Assembly (NCBI GenBank): GCA_951406725.2
Contig: OX597814.1
Coordinates: 207,514,001-207,578,000 of the forward strand
Direction: 5' to 3'
DNA from: Octopus vulgaris
Lineage: Eukaryota
Length of the DNA stretch: 64,000 bases
This document shows positions 50,455 through 64,000 of this stretch, piece by piece. Position 1 is the first letter of the stretch; the number at the start of each line of letters is the position of its first letter. The notes beneath the pieces are model-generated. The model was not told the origin of the DNA. It did no database searches and saw nothing but the letters and a program-made list of their open reading frames with translations. The position numbers and the translations under genes are program-made.

Positions 50455-53400
50455 AATGCATGCATGTATGTATGTATGTGTGTGTAAATATATATATATA
50501 AAATATTTCTCACATCTACATCTCCATGCTTGCTTGAATGTGACAGATTCTTTTTACTAGATGATCTTTTGCCAATCCCAACCGGCTTCCAAGCCATGTA
50601 ATGTTTCCGCATGACTGAACATGTTTGCAAGGAAGATTGATAACAAATGACACCACTTGTATGACAGTAATGCTTGTTTACAACTATCATGCAATGTCGA
50701 GATGAAGAGGCACAAACAGATACACATATACATGCATGCACACGCACGCACACACACAGAAGCTTCATTCAGTTTCAGTCTACTAAATTCACTCATAAGG
50801 GCTTCACTAGAAGACATTTGTCCAAGGCATCATATGTACACTAGGACTGAACTGAAAACTGCACGGTTGAGAAGCAAACTTGTTAACCATATAGCCATTA
50901 CTGTGCCTTATATCTCTAAAATATATAAAATAGTCAAAATTAATATGCAGTTTATTTTTCACTACAATGTTTTTATCGTCTATTTTGATTTATGACACTC
51001 CATCACTTTCCCCTAGTGTGTTATTTCTACAATATTAAGATTTGTACAATATTAAACAGGTTTTTATTCCTCTCTTGTTAAATAAAAGATACAGAAACAT
51101 TTTTTTTCCCTTCACTTGTTAAACAAAGAAAATTTTAAAAATAAAAAAAAAAATTAATGTAAGTGAAGAAAAAATGTTTGTTTATATTAAAGTAATTGGA
51201 AACATCACAATTGAAGCATTTGTAAGCATTTGAAATATTCTATAGTTTTGCAAATGCTTAGTTTTTGTTAATATTTGTTTTTCAGCTGTGTTATTATTAC
51301 TCTCTCATTCTTTTCTTTAAGCATTTAAATATGAAAAAAATTTATAATGATAATAATGACAACAACAGCAACAACAACAATAATAATAATTTGAAAAATG
51401 TGAATAAACATTGAGGAAAATGTTAATCTTCTGTACTATTTCCCTTTTGGCAATATTACCAAAATTTTTATAGACACTCAATGCTAAGTGAAAGTTGTTT
51501 CTAGCTTACTTATATCACTATGAAGCATTTTGGCTCTGAAATTTTGTTATATGATATTGGCTGAGGGCAACAAGTTGCAACAGAGAATTTTATACATTTT
51601 TAACTATCATTTGCATCTTGACTAGGAAAACAATAATTTCTTATACAGTTATCAAAATAATAATGATGATGCTTTCTCAAGATATGCACAAGTCCCACAA
51701 GTATTTTGAGCTGGGATATGTCAACTAAATCAGACTGCAGTGTATTACTGGTATTCATGCTTGTTGACTCCAGTGTGGTTTGAACTCCATGTAAGGATGA
51801 AAGTAAATAATGTATTTAATCTGATGTGCTTTTGTATCAGCTGTTCTGTTCTCCTTGATATAATAGTAATGATAAAAAGCACCCACTACACTCTCAGAGT
51901 GGTTGGCATTAGGAAGGGCATCCAGCTGTAGAAACTCTGCCAGATCAAGATTGGAGCCTGGTGCAGTCATCTAGTTCGCCAGTCCTCAGTCAAATTGTCC
52001 AACCCATGCTAGCATGGAAAGCGGACGTTAAACGATGATGATGATGATAGTGCTTGTAGTGATGATGATAATGATAATATTCTTATAGAGCCACAAGGCC
52101 TGAAATTTGTGGGAGGGTAACATTCATTTATATCAACCACAGTAATTAACTGGAACTTTATTTTATTGAATCTCAGAGAAATATGTAAGGCAAAGTTAAC
52201 CTTGGCAGGATTTGCACCAGAATGTAAAGAGCGAGAATGAATATTGTAACTCAGTTTTCCCCAAGCTTTGTGGGTAATTTGTGGGTAAGAGATAAGTCAG
52301 TTACATTGGGTTCCCCCACCTCCAGTACATGACTGATACTTTCCATTTACTGGATGACTGCCATAATTATAACTAATTATAACAGTAATTTGAGAGCTGT
52401 CTTAGTGTAAATTAGCATCTGTTTGGTAATATTGTCACAGAGTAATAGTACCAGCAGGAGGTAATCTTTTGATAGGTCAGTGTCTATAATTTAGCTGTTG
52501 TTTTTAAACCCTAAGTCATCCTTCACCAAACAGATCAAAAACATAGAAATCATATTCATCGTCTCTGTTTCTTTCCTTGCATAAAATATCCTGAATTACA
52601 TTATATAATAATCTATCTAAAAGAGAGATGGCTGCTATTCCTAGCTGGTCAAGTAGAGAGATTCACTTGTGAGCTTAGCAATGTCACTTAATTTATATCA
52701 CTAATGCACAAATAAAGCAGGAATGTTACTACTTTCTTTCATTCTCCTCTTCTAAGAATCTTCGTACATGGCTAGTGATGACAACAAAATGCCATTCTAG
52801 GGTATCTGCATCTAAAAACTTTGACCCCTCATCCCCATGTAAAATTATATAGAATTATGGACCCTTGGCTCTTAAACTTGATTTGTGGCTTAGACTCTGT
52901 TTTATTTAGATTAACTAAATCAGACCTCATCAAGAAGACCTACATAAATACATCCATTTTAAAGATCTTAGGATGAAAATTAAAGGAGTTTTAGCTGCTA
53001 TTTCTTGTCATTTGGATAATGCATTGAAATTTCCTTGACTTATAAAAGATCTGTTACAAATACTGGTTAATGCTGCTTTTGTAAATAATAACCCTTAATA
53101 CATGTAACTGTGTTAATGTGGATGACTGAATCTGGTTAGTAAACCAAGAAGATGATTCCATGGCCAAGATATTTAATGCTTTTGAAGTAGTGCAGAATGG
53201 ATATTTCATTAAGTAGTTCACTTCATGGCCACATGCTGCAATTCTACTGTGCAGAAGTCTGCTTTGTGTGTGCATGTATACACATGGGTGCATATATGTA
53301 TATGGATGTACATATGTGTGTGAGTGTGTGCATATGTACACGAGTGCATGCATGTGTGTATGTATGTATGTATTTTACCTTTCTGATAGATAAGATACCA

Positions 53401-54246
53401 GTTGATGCAAGATAATTTTCGATTTTCTTCCCCAAAATATATATTTAAGTTAATAAATTTATCTCAAATAAAATCACAAGAGCAAAATCGATTAAAGACT
53501 AAGATGATAGAGGTTTCTTACCATTTTATTGATGGATACATTGATATTGGTTTGAGCTTTGTGAACAACTGTACATACAATTATAACTTCCCCACTCCAA
53601 CCCTTGATCTGGTACCATCTTTTCTTTGAAGCCTGACCTACTCAAATTTGATCAATTCATTCTAAGATTTCTTTGACTTAGGTTCTTTATCTTAGTTGGC
53701 AACTCAGTGTGCCTTATTTACCTGTCTTGCGCATTATGACACATTAGTTCTAACACTTATGTATTCTTTTGGAGAACATGATATGGAATTTAAGAGAATA
53801 AATAGGTTTTTCAGATGAATAGTTAGAATTAGTAATCCCAACAAATAATACATTTTTTTAACATAAAGAAATATTTATAGTTTAAGGCCCCTACCACCAT
53901 CAATCACCACACCTAGTCTTTGCATGCTTTCAACAAAAGTTCACTTTTTTAATTAAAGGGATTCAGACTATACTCCTAGTTCCCCACACACCTATATTTT
54001 TACTGCAAACATTTTTTTTTAAACTGCTGATAGCCTGGCTGGGCATCTGCCGTATCAATCTCACCACTCTTGGAGGGCCTTCAAAGGTCATCACTACCTC
54101 TCTTCCTCCTTTGACTAACTTATGAAAACAAAGTATAAATTTAAATGTTACTTGTCATCTTGTCATAATTCAGAGATCTCTTCTACATGCATCACAACTT
54201 CAATGTGTTGTTTTTCAAACTTGTTTGTATCCAGCTTGTCTGTTAT

Positions 54247-54287
<41 letters not shown>

Positions 54288-55517
54288 GCACATAAAAACA
54301 CCATCCGAGCGTGGCCGTTCGCCAGCCTCGTCTGGCACCTGTGTCGGTGGCACATAAAATCACCCACTACACTCTCGGAGTGGTTGGCGTTAGGAAGGGC
54401 ATCCAGCTGTAGAAACACTGCCAGATCTGACTGGCCTGGTGCAGCCTTCGGGCTCCCAGACCCCAGTTGAACCGTCCAACCCATGCTAGCATGGAAAACG
54501 GACGCTAAATGATGATGATGATGATGATATATACATACTTATTTATATTGAACAAACATAATCTAATTCCTTTCTTTGTTTCCATTTGTTGCCGAATATT
54601 TACCTTCTCTATCTCTCAGTTTTATTTGTACATATATTATCTGATCTTCCTTTCAAAGTTATATAGAAAAGTTCTTTATTTTGATTTTATAAAACTTATA
54701 TAGGTTATAACCTTTATAAAGCATATATAGGTTATATGGTCCTGTTCAACATTCCTGACTAAGACACTAGTTTTATCTGGGTACATTGTTGTAGTTTATT
54801 AGATTAACAGTGGCAACTATTCTTTAAACTTTTGCCAAAAAAAGTTTACCAATATACTGTTCAGTATACCTGTACTATTATATCCTGTGATTGACAGAAC
54901 TAGTTTTTGTATGATTCACTCAGTAAACCACAAACTTTATAGACTTCGTTATGTTATTTGTGGATTTTGTTACATTGTAAGCTACTCCAGATTGTTTGAT
55001 ATGTGATCTCTGCAAAAGATTTTGTTTTCATACAATGTATCTCAAGCAAATCAGCTTAGCAGAGCCCATTTCCAAATTGTATTTGAACTTGACAGAGATA
55101 GCAAACAAAATACTCATTAGTTTTTGCACTGCTGTATATTGTCCCTGTACAGTGTGTAGTACCTATTTACATCTATGTCGACTAAACCATGAGAGTTCAC
55201 TGTTTAAGTTATAGATTGTTAATGAGAGGCTACAAGTTGCTGACCTATGGGCTGATTGTCCATGCTTTCAACCAATAATACCACTAGTATAACGATTTCT
55301 GAGACTGGAATACTATGTGAAAGAGAGTGGAGTTTTGAGCGCAGGCAGGAGAAAGTTAGCATATTTTATAGAGTAGAAGTAATTTCAGTAGCCATGGGAA
55401 GATGCTATGCTTCAATTTAAACAAAGCATTGTGATACACCTTTTCTTTTCACTTTCCATTTTTTCATTTAGAGTTGATTTGAAATCAGTAACTTTAAATA
55501 GATATGACTGTTTAGAA

Positions 55518-55858
55518 CAGTGGTACTCAACCGGGGTCCATACAGCCTCCAAGGGTCCATTTAAGATTTTTGGTTGTCCACACAACAAAATAGTAAATTG
55601 GGGATCCACAATGATATTTTAAGGGCAGCTGAAAAAAAATGTTGCTTTAGATGTATGTATTGCCAGAAACAGCTAGGTTTCTTCCTCTGACATTTTACAT
55701 GGTTCAATCTACACAACTTAATGTGTGACAAACAAAATAGGAATTTTGGAAGAGATTTCTATAAGACTAGTTTTTAAACATTGGTTGGCTATGAGGGTCC
55801 ACCAGAATAAAATAGCAATCAGAGGGGTCCATAGATAAAAAACGGTTGAGCACCCCTG
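55518..55858. mobile_element. hAT/Charlie-like MITE
   Basis: TIRs CAGTGGTACTCAACCG / CGGTTGAGCACCCCTG; 8-bp TSD GTTTAGAA / GTATAGAA; repeated GGGTCCA motifs. Confidence 0.88.
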
Positions 55859-57925
55859 GTATAGAAGAATGTCATATATAGAAGATGAGCAGTTATGAGT
55901 TTCAGCAACAAGTGATGAATGAGTTGAATATAATCTTTTTAAATGAGTGTAGTTAATTAATTTAAGAGCAAGTTTAAATAGAAGTGAGGTATAAAAAAAA
56001 GAAAGAAGTAAGCTGCAGGCACAAACAAGACACATTTGGGTAAAAATTGTGCTGCTATTTACTGATAAAAGGAGCCCATGTTATCAGTTCATGAAGGAAT
56101 TCTTGAGGTGAATAAGTTAGACCCAACTTGACATATATCTCATGGATTATAAAGTATTAAAATTGTATTTAAGATTTTGTAGTTTACATATGATCAACAT
56201 ATTGTATTTTTGATATGACCCAGATTCAAGAAACTTATTTGATATGAAAATATGAAATGTATATTTTTGCAAATTTAATGCGTATAGTTTTTATTTTTTA
56301 TTTTTATTTTCAGTTATGTATTTTCTTATCACTGTGTTGTCATGGTAATCATCATCGTAAACATTTAATTCCCATTAGATCACTCAGCTTGAATATATTC
56401 TAAGCTACAAGTTAAAAATCTATTTGTGTTGTTGTTGCTATTTAGCCTACTCTAATCTATTGACAGATGTATCTTTTTGTTTCCAGTTCATGACAAGAGA
56501 TACTACTTATACCGAAAGTTCTCTGGAAATTTTCATGTTAGGCAATGGAATTGGTTGAGTGGAATTCACTGATATTCATTAGGTTTTTTTTTATTTTGTT
56601 TTCGTTTTAACTTTTGATCAGTCTCACTTTGTAATCAAGCTAAATAAACTGCAATCTCTTACTAACTCCAGAGATGCTGAACAGATAGCATTTCTAAGTA
56701 CTAACTAGATGCCACAACCTAATGTTATTTTCATTGTCACTACCATTATTGGTTTTGCCTTCACGTCACTATCTCATTATAATCATTAACATTAATATTA
56801 CAGTCCACATCAGCATCCCTACCACAACTATTGTCCATATTATTACTACCACCATTACTACTACTACTACTGAGAGTGTAATCATTGCTACTGTTTTGAA
56901 TCTGTTGGTCAGCCACAAACATCTTGTCAGCTATTTCCTATGTCATTGGTCTGCTTCAGCAGAGATTACTAAACAAAAATCATTACTGCTTTCGCTATAG
57001 TTTGTCTGTCTCACACTTACACTAACATATGGTTTGATAAGTCTTTTCAGCAATCTCTCACTCTTTTTTTTTTATCATTAGTAAACTTAATGGTATGCCA
57101 TATTACTCATTCATTTTCAAACCTAGTTATTGATGTGTAACTATGATCAGGCTCGATCCAGTAGACTATTATTGTAAGGTGATGTGTGAGAGATTTAGCT
57201 GATATTTATGGCAAATAGAAGTTTCATTGCTGACTCAGTTTCAAGTCTAGTTATTGTTGTTAAGCCCCGGGTCAATTTTGATCAAAGATGTTCCCCTTGT
57301 GATCATGACATCATTTTTTTCAGATATTGTATGCCTAAGATTATGTTATCCAATATCCTTTTTTTTGTGTGTGATGGGAGATTTGACTGCTATTTCTAAT
57401 AGGTTGAGTGACCACATAGAAAAGCCATCTCAGTGGCTCATGCAAGTCTAGTGTGGGATGGGAGCTATAGATAGAAGTGAAAGCTGAATTATTTTTGTCG
57501 TACTTTCTCTCAGTAGACCACTGTTTATCAACCCACAGAGAGACTCAAACTCAACAGTGTGAGTAAATGAAAATGTACTACAGTGTCACAGATATTCGCA
57601 GCAGTGAAAAATAACACTGTGATATCTATTTAACTGCTAGATGGAATGAGCTATTGAAAGATAGGCATGTTCACTCAGATCACAGTCCAACTGTCTCCCA
57701 GTAACCCTCCATCCATTACAGACTTGGTTGCCCATTAATACTTACTTATCTTTATCATTGAACCAATTGAACAGTGTATTGTCAGTTGATTAATGTTTTC
57801 ACAAAATAATTTAAACCTTTGTGGCTAAATACCGAGATTTCCAGTCAAACAATTTCTCTTTCTCTTCTCTCTTTCTCCACTCTCTTTCTCCTCTCTCTCC
57901 ATTTTCTTTCAATGTTCTCCCACAT

Positions 57926-57961
<36 letters not shown>

Positions 57962-59220
57962 TTTCATAACTTGTAAATATTTTCATTTGTGTTGTCTAAT
58001 AAATTATTTACTTGTGAAGTGTACCTATTTGTCCATGTGATTCACTCTCAATAGCAACATTTCAACTATCTTCCCTACTATTATCTGTTATTTCAAATCT
58101 GTGTTGCTTTTGAATTGGTTGTAGAAAAAGACAAAATTAAAACAAACACAAAATGAAACAAACAAAAAACTAAAACAAAAAAGGAAAAATCTCAAAGGAA
58201 AAGATGTGGAGGAGTATGTCATGCCCTGCATTTGTAACCTTTTACTGAATCATTAGAAGCTGTTTAACCACTAGCGAATTTGTCTCTGGTTGACCTCTGC
58301 ATTCACTGGAAGACAATTAACCTTTTGTTTTTCAAGGAGAGCAATAGGGGTTGTGTGTTTTCAGTATGTTGTGTATTTGAATTTGATTCATTTCATTCTC
58401 TGTGTTTAAAAACAAAAAAACAAAAAAATATATAAAAAGAAATAAAATCCTAATGGGAGCTAAAACTGACGGTTTATACTAATTTCCCAGTGTAAAATAT
58501 TGTCTTTAACACAATTTAGGGTTTTGTGCGGAATACTATTTTCCTTCTGTTTTATAGAATTTTCCAGCAGAATTGTATTTGTTCCCTTATTACTAAACCG
58601 ATATGGTGGCATTAATTGGCAATATTTTTAGTTTAGAAGTGTGCAGCATAGCAATAATTTAGAAAAATAAATTAAAAATAGAATCAAAATCCAAGAGGAA
58701 GCGGTTATTTTCCATTCATTAATAAAAAATAAAATGTATTTTTTAAAAATTAGTGTTAGATTTTTGTTGTTTTTATTTTGCTCATTTCAATGTTTCCGCT
58801 TTATTTATTTGTAGACTTTTTTATTTTTAAAGCTAATATTAAGATACTGTTTATTAATGTTTATGTAATATTTTTAGTTAATATTAAGGCCAGTCAAATT
58901 GATAAAGGGTTAAGAGACTGATCAGGGAATTGAATTATGTTAACATTTGTTATTGTGGCTTAGTCTCGGGCCTGCCTTGATCGAGTAGATCCATGATCAA
59001 AAATATTTCACATATGGTCATCACATTTTATATTCAACGACTACCACTTCGAATGTAATCCTTCTTTTTTTGGGATGATAGGGTGTGATATTAGGAAGAT
59101 TTACTAGCAGGCTAAATGAACACAGAGCTAAGGTTGCTAATCTATAGGTCACAGTATAATCCTGAAAGAGTTGCAAGGACAAAATCTTTTACTTTTCGAA
59201 ATATTTGATAAAATGCAAAA

Positions 59221-59584
59221 TCTCTATATATATAAACGGCAAAATGTCTGTGCGTGTGTCCTTTATACAAATCCACAATTTTTCAGTTAGAGGGCTCGCA
59301 TTTTCTATGGTCATTCAAAACCGTCCAAGGGTGGTCGTGCACATCTTTACATTTCCCCAGTCACCCCGCAAAACCATTAAAAAATCAATAGAAGTGACTT
59401 TTTAAAAAATTTTCTATCCAAAACCCAATCAAAATGCCTGAAACTTGATACGCCAATTGAATGCCAGCTAGCTGTATGTGACTGGTCGGAGATTTGGACA
59501 GTACTTGTGTGTATGTGCGCACGCACGCAGTTGTATATGCATGCACTAGCACTATGACCCGGCGTTGCCGGGTCATAGTGCTAG
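59221..59584 (+). mobile_element. Non-autonomous Helitron
   Basis: A|TCTCTATATATATAAA start, terminal GC hairpin, CTAG|T end. Confidence 0.88.
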
Positions 59585-60140
59585 TCTTCATTAATATGCT
59601 ATACAATAATCTATTGGTGTAAGGACTACAACAAAACTTTAACTGCTAAAAGAAAAAAAAAGAAACAGAAATATTTTCCTAAGATAAGTATCAAATGTTA
59701 ATACTACCCCATCAGAACAAATATTTTTAAAAGAAGGATCATGGAGGATTATTGATTTGCCTAAGTGAATCAGGATTGGGAATACTGATCTAAAGACTCA
59801 CTCATTGGATCAATGTGAAACCTGTTGATGGATTAGTCTTTGATATTTTTATGTCATCGTTTGATATATATAACTAAGTAGAAATGTTACAAAATTGCCT
59901 CACACATATCTGGCCAGTTAGAAATGTAATGACATTGCTTCATGCAGATGGTTCTCATTTCATGCAATCAAAAAACAAGATATTGACAGCTTTGTTAATG
60001 CTGTTGCTCAGTCATAAGCTCTAAGGTTGGGGAAGTTGAGAAGTATGTATACCATGCACATGGTCGATGCCAGTGCTACCCGACTGACTCTGGTGCTGGT
60101 GACACATACAAAGCACCATTCGAGGATGGTAGATGCCAGT

Positions 60141-60553
60141 GCTACAACTATCATGTGCTGTTAAGACAAGGAAGCACATGCGCACACACATACGCACACA
60201 CACACACATGGTGGATCTCCATCATTAAACAATGAGATTTCAGTTGCTCAATCATCTAAATTCACTGTTCCTGAATAAATAAGTGGATGAGTATTCCACA
60301 GACATGTGTACCCTTAATGCCATTCTCAGGTAAAACCTATTTCTTTACTACCCACAAGGGGCTAAACACAGAGAGGACAAACAAGGACAGACAAACGGAT
60401 TAAGTCGAGTATATCGACCCCAGTGCGTAACTGGTACTTATTTAATTGATCCTGAAAGGATAAGTTGACCTAGGCAGAATTTGAATTCAGAACGTAGCGG
60501 CAGATGAAATACTGCTAAGCATTTTGTCTGGCGTGCTAACGTTTCTACCAACT
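60141..60553 (-). mobile_element. Family A SINE plus ~200 bp of downstream flank homologous to 32414-32603, inside a family D element
   Basis: Reverse complement alignment with 32210-32603, including the junctions between elements; GATGCCAGT on both sides. Confidence 0.85.
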
Positions 60554-62179
60554 GATGCCAGTATGGAGAGCGGACGTTAAAAGATGATGATGTACTAACA
60601 AGATTGGCCATGTGATACCTTTTGTTGTTTGAGACCTGTATGGAGCCTTTCAGATGGCTACTTAAACCATGTATATTTAAATGATTTAAGGCAGAGGCAC
60701 ACCATATCAACTGATACTGGACTTGTATATTGCTTTCAAGTATTAGATTGGCTAGTTATTGCTATACCACAAACATATTTGAGCTGGGCAATGCAATAAC
60801 ATCAGCAACCTAATTACTTATGCTCTAATTAAAAACATGTAATAAGTTATCAACTAAATCTAGCTTTTGCATGTATGGAAAGAGACAGATATGAAATGAA
60901 AATAACCATGTGCTTGATGCATTTTATTTAGTACCTGAGCTCTAAAGTTGTTCATATTGTAGATTAGTGGTGTGTTATTTTGTCTTAAATGTATTATTTG
61001 TTTTTTTTATTTTATTTTGGCCTTGGTACATTAAAAATTAATTGGAAAGTAAGTGGAATGCACTAAGATAGAAATTTCTATATGTGTGTGTGTCCAACTA
61101 GCGGGATCCTCTTAAAACATCCATCTCATATCAGCAAGGAGAACAGATATTAAATGATTTTACATGCACACATTAAGATCACAGCTTTTAATGTCCACCT
61201 TCCAATGCTTGCACAGATTGGATGGAATTTGTTGAGACAAATTTTCTATAGCTGGATGCCCTTCCTGTCACCAACTTACCTGTTTCCAAATAAGATGTTA
61301 ACACTGAAGATTAGTAATAAGGGTCCCTAGTTTTATGACAGTGACACTCGTTTATAATTACACTCATTTAACTACCATATGATTTCAAGACAGGAAGACA
61401 CTAACACACATACACACACACAAAGGGCTTCTTTCAGTTTCCATCTACCATATCCACTCACAAGGCTTTGGTAAGACTAGGACTATAGTAGATGATACTT
61501 GCCCAAGGTGCCGCATAGTAGGACTGAACCTAAGACCATGTGATTAGGAAGCAAATTTCTTAACTACTCTGTACCTGTACCTAAACACATTTATTTACAA
61601 GTTCATGGAAAATGGTCTTAACCCACTAGCAGACAGTTTTCTGAAGTTTTTCTGTATGAAGCTTGCCTGCATGTCTTCATTACACCTGTCCATATGACGG
61701 ATGAGTTTGTTCATTGCTAAATGGTATTTTAGGCTTTGTGATTATGCAGAAATCTGGTTCTAGAAAGATGCTCAAATCTTCTTTCTCTCATAATTGAAAA
61801 TTATATTCATCCTGAGGAAGAAGATGCATTGAAATAGAGCAGATTTAGGGAGCCGTCTACTCTTGAATATTCAGTATTAAACCTGTTGTTTTGGAAAGCA
61901 TTGAACATTCACCAGTTTTTATATTTTCACGTGTGTGTGTGTCCCCTTCATTAGATTTATTGCAGTATTTATTTTGGCTCTTTGTGTTTTGAGTTCAAAT
62001 CCTGCCAAGGTCAATTTTGCCTTTCATCATTTCAGTCAATAAATAAAATGCTGCTTTAAGGTGGTGGGCTGACAATCATTAGAGCACCAAGTGAGATCAC
62101 TTGCAGTTATTATTCCAGCTTTTCATATTCTTAGTTCAAATCCTGCTGTAGCCACTTTGGAAAGAAGTGGAACCTCCAT

Positions 62180-62182
<3 letters not shown>

Positions 62183-62226
<44 letters not shown>
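62183..62226. repeat. (TA)n microsatellite (similar runs at 2900, 9652, 12096, 39285, 47555, 50405, 54255)
   Basis: Directly visible. Confidence 0.95.
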
Positions 62227-62231
<5 letters not shown>

Positions 62232-64000
62232 CATGATCAATGATGAATAGTATTACAAGAATCCATGGTATCCAACTGGCTGAGGGTTGCCAGTACTTGA
62301 TAATGATGACAAAGTGATTACATAAAGCTTATCTTATAATATGTATGAAGGGTAACTGTGTGTATATGTTATGGACTCATTTGGCTGAGTTTCTCAACTT
62401 AAAATATATGTAATATTTGTGTGTTTTGGAGAAGCTGTGTATATTTTGTACAATCTCATTCCATAATTTTCCACTTAAAACATGATGTATATGTGTGTGC
62501 TTGACTTAAAGGAAGAAGAGACGCAAATATCATCTTCTAAGCACTTATTTTAATTTTGTTTGCACAGTTCAATAGCGTACTTGCGGTGTCAAAATATGAT
62601 CTTATTTAGTAGTTATTGATTACTGTTCATATTTTTACTTCATAAGAAATTTTATTATTAGTTATAACAGAACTGAAACACGGCGACTAAATTTGAAGTT
62701 TTGAAGAAACTAGAAATTGAAACATTACATGCTTTTATTTAATATGAAAATATAAAGTTTTTGAACAGGGTTTTTTTTTTTTTTTGAGAATAATATTAGA
62801 ATTCTCTTCTCTTCACAGCACATTTGTACAGACATATTCTGAAAGATACTGATACAAAAGTACAAATTTATTAGAGAATGGCTATTAATTCTGATTCTCC
62901 ATGCAATCTTGATATTTTATTGATTCCCAGTGCAATCTTCGTATCTAATTTCTTGACAATAGTCAAGAATAAAAGGTAGAAATGACACTAGTCAAATTAT
63001 TCTTTTATTAGTAAAAGGCAAAATTGACTCTCATGGGGATTGAACTTAGTTTCTAGATGTCACATCCACCACCACCACCAACAAAAAAAAAATTAAAAAA
63101 TGAAACATTTAGTCTAGTGCTCTATCACTTGTCCCAACATAGCACTAGTAATAATTTTTAATACAAGATTACACATTTCTGGTTATAAAGAAATGTTAAC
63201 ACCACAAGGCATTTTATCTCATGCTCTCCCAATTCTCTCACTCAGCTACCCTTTCTGTCATGTACTAACCAAGGTTTATACCTGCTATGTTGGGTACTTA
63301 TTTCTGACATGCAAAATACTCTAAATTATGTTGCTAATAGGGCTAAATGTAACTGGAAAGTGATATAAATGCTTGGTTCTGTGATTGAGCCAATGCAGTC
63401 CATTGAATACAAAACTATATAGATTACATATCAATGTTGTTGACTAATTCCGTCTTACAGTTCATTTGCTAATCTTCATTAGACTTCAAGGTAAGATCTT
63501 TCACTTGGTTTATTCAACAGTTTACAAATATGAAACTACTGAAAATCAGTGACATGGAATAAACATTTGACAGGTTTCTTATGTATGCAAGTCCATTACT
63601 AAGCTCAAATAATTAGTTCTTGAGGAAGAGAAAAAATGCATATAGTGCTAAAGGAATAAACATAATTATTTACTCCTTTCTATGTAAGGTAGTAGGAGAA
63701 AAGAAAAGTGTTTAAAGCAAGTGGTAGCGTGATTGAATATGGATAGATTCACTGCCATCCCTTAGTATGGTACAGTGACTAGGTGAGAGAATGAGAAGGT
63801 AACAAAGTTTGAGGGGAGCAGGTGGAGACTTAAGAATGATAATAATAATAAAACGTGCTCTCAGTTATTTTGTTTCTACCAGTTGAACAAGAAACCTGTA
63901 AACCAGTGAAGCAAGCAAGCAAATCACGTAGAGTAATTGACATGGTGCTTTTTCCTCTTCCTCAAGAACATAGTTTTACATGCACTTGCGTACATAAGAA

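Noticed and set aside
56336-56349. RFX X-box-like GTTGTCATGGTAAT
   Set aside because: A single imperfect motif with no promoter context.

Overview
AT-rich, repeat-saturated eukaryotic DNA. The SINE families look like those of Octopus (coleoid cephalopod); this comes from recall and was not searched. No host protein-coding exon could be supported, so the window is probably intergenic or one long intron. Nearly all listed ORFs are translations of microsatellites or SINEs. Supported content: one intact tRNA-Ala(UGC) (697-768, minus); many tRNA-derived SINEs from at least five families (labelled A-F here for convenience); decayed LINE fragments (RTE and CR1/Jockey-like); a mariner left end; piggyBac-type (TTAA) and hAT-type (8-bp TSD) MITEs; two non-autonomous Helitrons; and Penelope-like hammerhead ribozyme relics. 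Most interesting observations: (1) the tRNA appears to lie inside a retroposed pre-tRNA/retroelement-tail chimera with a poly(A) tail and a 10-bp flanking direct repeat; (2) a three-element composite is duplicated in inverted orientation 28 kb away, resembling SINE 3' transduction; (3) a ~325-bp palindrome carries a hammerhead relic in each arm; (4) one Helitron has a fully symmetric terminal hairpin with a flipped loop.
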